The notes under the pieces are model-generated. The model had not been told where the DNA came from and made no database searches. It worked only from the letters and a program-made list of their open reading frames with translations. Positions 10,462 to 12,873 of a stretch of 12,873 nt of DNA are shown here, piece after piece (within the stretch, counting starts at the first letter, position 1; each line of letters opens with the position of its first letter). This DNA comes from Azolla caroliniana (lineage: Eukaryota; Plantae; Polypodiophyta), in contig JBHGNT010001020.1 of NCBI GenBank assembly GCA_043228905.1, positions 1 to 12,873 on the forward strand. Reading direction: 5' to 3'. Both the position numbers and the translations under genes were made by a program.

Positions 10462-11198
10462 GCCCCCAATGTGGATTTTTGGTAATGCACCAAATATATA
10501 TTTATTCATTTATTTCATTTTCTGTGCATTTTGAAAAGTGGACTCATTTTAATTCGTCTTGGTAAAAACAAATTTCTAGGTTCTTCGAAACATTTCTCTA
10601 CACAAGTTCCTCTTTATAGAACGATTGAGGCATGATTAAGGATTGAAATCCGGATGCAAGGTTTGAAATGATTGGGAAGATGGTTCTTTGGAAGGTTATT
10701 GGCATGAATTCATATCGTAGATGGGTCCTTTGAAATGTGCCCAATCATCTTCATCCTTTGACACTAAAGATCTCACACTATTATCAAATGCCCAAGTCAA
10801 ATTTTGCCATGGCAACACTGCACGTCCTTCCAATGCTTCTCAATAATTAATTTGGCCATATCAATGAATATTGTAAGATTTAGTAATTAGAATGTTTTAG
10901 TCTCGTTTAGAGAAATATGTTTGCAAAGCTAACTAAATAGAACATAAAAATGTGATTCATTATGTAAGGCAAAAGGTAAGTTCCAGAATCTGCTAATAAC
11001 TAAAATGTTTAGAGATGTCTGGTATGTTTGAATCATATTAAGCATAAAAGGATCCAAGTACATTTGTCAGGGCAGAAATGCCAATTACATCCATTGGATT
11101 TAAGGAATGATGTTTTATGTAAATTATCAATGGAAGCCAAGTAGCAACTGTGACAATAATCTATATAAGTCATGTTTATTCTGAAATAACGAGATGAA

Positions 11199-11391
11199 CA
11201 ATCATGTATTAGATATTAGTCTTAAGAATCTTGATGGGAAGATATCAGTCTTGATGTATTAGATATAAGTCTTGAGAATCTTGATGGCAAGATATCAGTC
11301 TTGAGAATCATGGGAAGATACAATCATGTATTAGATATCAGTCTTGATGTATTACATGGACCATGGTCCATGTACATGTAATCTTGATGGA
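11199..11391. repeat. Mosaic minisatellite of shuffled modules (atgtattagatat / agtcttga / gaatcttgatgg / aagatatcagtcttga) with a 22-bp palindrome near its end
   Basis: The modules recur 3-5 times in varying order; the perfect palindrome tacatggaccatggtccatgta lies at 11353-11374. Confidence 0.85.
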
Positions 11392-11918
11392 AAGGCTATC
11401 ACCATCAACGTGAATGAATGCAAGCTTAGTGAAGACCATGCTTTTAATATTCCATGGTTTTGCATAGAGAGATTCCCCTTCACTCAGTCGACCATGCAAT
11501 ACAAATTACAAATGTAAACATATCAAGATATGTACTTGATTGTAAAACTCTAATACTAGAGAGACCTGGTGTTGTCATAGTGTGCATCTTGTAGCAAGAG
11601 GTATGAGAATTTCAACCCCATGTATACCAATCACGATGGTGTGCATGCCATATTGTTCCTCCAGAGTAAATACCATGAACCCAAAATATCTACAATTAAC
11701 AGCATCACTTAAACAAGGGAGTTCCTTGGTGAAAATGGTCCGAACTTGAAGCTCATTATAACCCATAATTTAAGCAATGTCTGAATTAAATCCATAAGAT
11801 GTTTTTGCCATCCATATCCTAGGGAACAGTTTCCTCTAATAGCACATTAATAATGTTTATGCATGTCAAAGTGACCCAATTAACTAAACCAATCAATTGT
11901 TAATAGTACATACAATAA

Positions 11919-12873
11919 TCATGAAGATGTTTGATTTGACTCGGATACCTTGACCCATGTTATTTGATTGCAATCACGAACACGACTAGATCGAGATCCT
12001 GCAATTTCAATCCCATGAACTAAAACATGGCCATTATCTACAGTATAAGTTATGAGGCAGGCCTCTAATGCCAGCTTATAGAGTACCAAAGCTGAGTTAG
12101 AGAATTGTTCATCTTCATTGGTTTGGAAATGGGACTGAGTTTTGGACTCAATAGCTTCACTTCTACTTGGGTTCCATTCAATTGATTCATCATCTTGAGT
12201 TAGTGTTTGTGTAAAATCAGCACCATTTCCTTGTGAAGATTCCTCATCCGTGGTTGCTGATGAGCTCTTTGGATTTGTTCTTTGCCTCAAAGAACGTATA
12301 TCTCGTGACAGTACTTGCTCGACTAATTGCTGAAATTCTCGAGGAGTTGAATACATTGATTGTTTGCCCTAAAACATATTTCCAGTCATGTATGGAAATG
12401 AAAATAAAACACGAGAAACAGAACCAGGGATTTAATCGAGAATTTACCAAAATTTCCCAACTTTTGGCAAGATCATCACAAAATTTTGGCGTGAACTGAA
12501 CTGATGCTAGGGCAATGGGATCATCTCCACCACCAGCCTAAAGCATATATAAGCATTTGGTTTAGCCTCCATATGGAGCAGAATTGATGAACCATATCCG
12601 CATATTGATACTTGCCTTCACCCAGGATGGTGCCATTGCATCTGGAATAGAATCACAGTAAGGTAGATACGGCTTCACATCAAGCACTGGCTGTCATAAA
12701 TATAAAAAACATCAGCTATGTAGTAAATTAATGAGTTTCCACAGGCTCTCATTGGTATTTAAACTATTCCTGTATTCCAACCATGAGTTACAGCTTTCAT
12801 CAAGAATTCAAGAACGAAACATTTGTAAAGATGATCAACGTACTGTGCCATCAACAATGTCTGCACCAGAGAT
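11919..12873 (-). CDS. TRMO: tRNA (adenine37-N6)-methyltransferase TrmO (TsaA/YaeB family), 5'-partial; last 4 exons
   Basis: Minus-strand exons 12873-12844, 12690-12616, 12537-12448, 12368-11919 (TGA) translate ISGADIVDGT|PVLDVKPYLPYCDSIPDAMAPSWVK|AGGGDDPIALASVQF...|GKQSMYSTPREFQQLVEQVLSRDIRSLRQR. DxxDGTPVLDxKPY is the TrmO/YaeB signature. Confidence 0.93.
12538..12615 (-). other. GC-AG intron in TrmO
   Basis: Donor AAG|GCAAGT and acceptor CTTTAG. The GT 4 nt downstream gives a frameshift and TGA; read-through of the intron hits TAA. Confidence 0.88.

Noticed and set aside
4523-11391. Direct repeats as a CRISPR-like array
   Set aside because: Eukaryotic context, two-copy or mosaic repeats, no constant repeat with unique spacers and no cas genes.
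12233-12499. Overlapping ORFs of 88 aa (+) and 68 aa (-)
   Set aside because: Shadow or out-of-frame read-through of TrmO exons and intron.
24-12873. Functional gene cluster of kinesin-5, menA and TrmO
   Set aside because: Unrelated pathways (spindle, phylloquinone, tRNA modification); ordinary gene neighbourhood.

Overview
Land-plant nuclear DNA (AT-rich, mostly short introns; a fern-like lineage is plausible but not provable from this window) with three spliced housekeeping genes. (1) The 3' portion (16 exons, 24-3725, +) of a kinesin-5/BimC gene; the motor domain lies upstream of the window. (2) A complete 10-exon plastid MenA/ABC4 DHNA phytyltransferase gene (5396-10461, +; 438 aa as I splice it), whose 1.9-kb last intron holds a decayed antisense non-LTR retrotransposon (LINE). 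(3) The 3' portion (4 exons, 11919-12873, -) of a TrmO/TsaA tRNA m6t6A37 methyltransferase gene, convergent with menA. Each gene appears to use one GC-AG intron (3 of 27 introns). Non-coding DNA contains several local tandem duplications (periods 152, 117, 46 and 125 bp), a mosaic minisatellite ending in a 22-bp palindrome, telo-box motifs and a possible eroded PPR remnant. Most supplied ORFs are exon/intron read-throughs or shadows. I see no convincing novel biological system; the findings are modest gene-structure and genome-dynamics observations.
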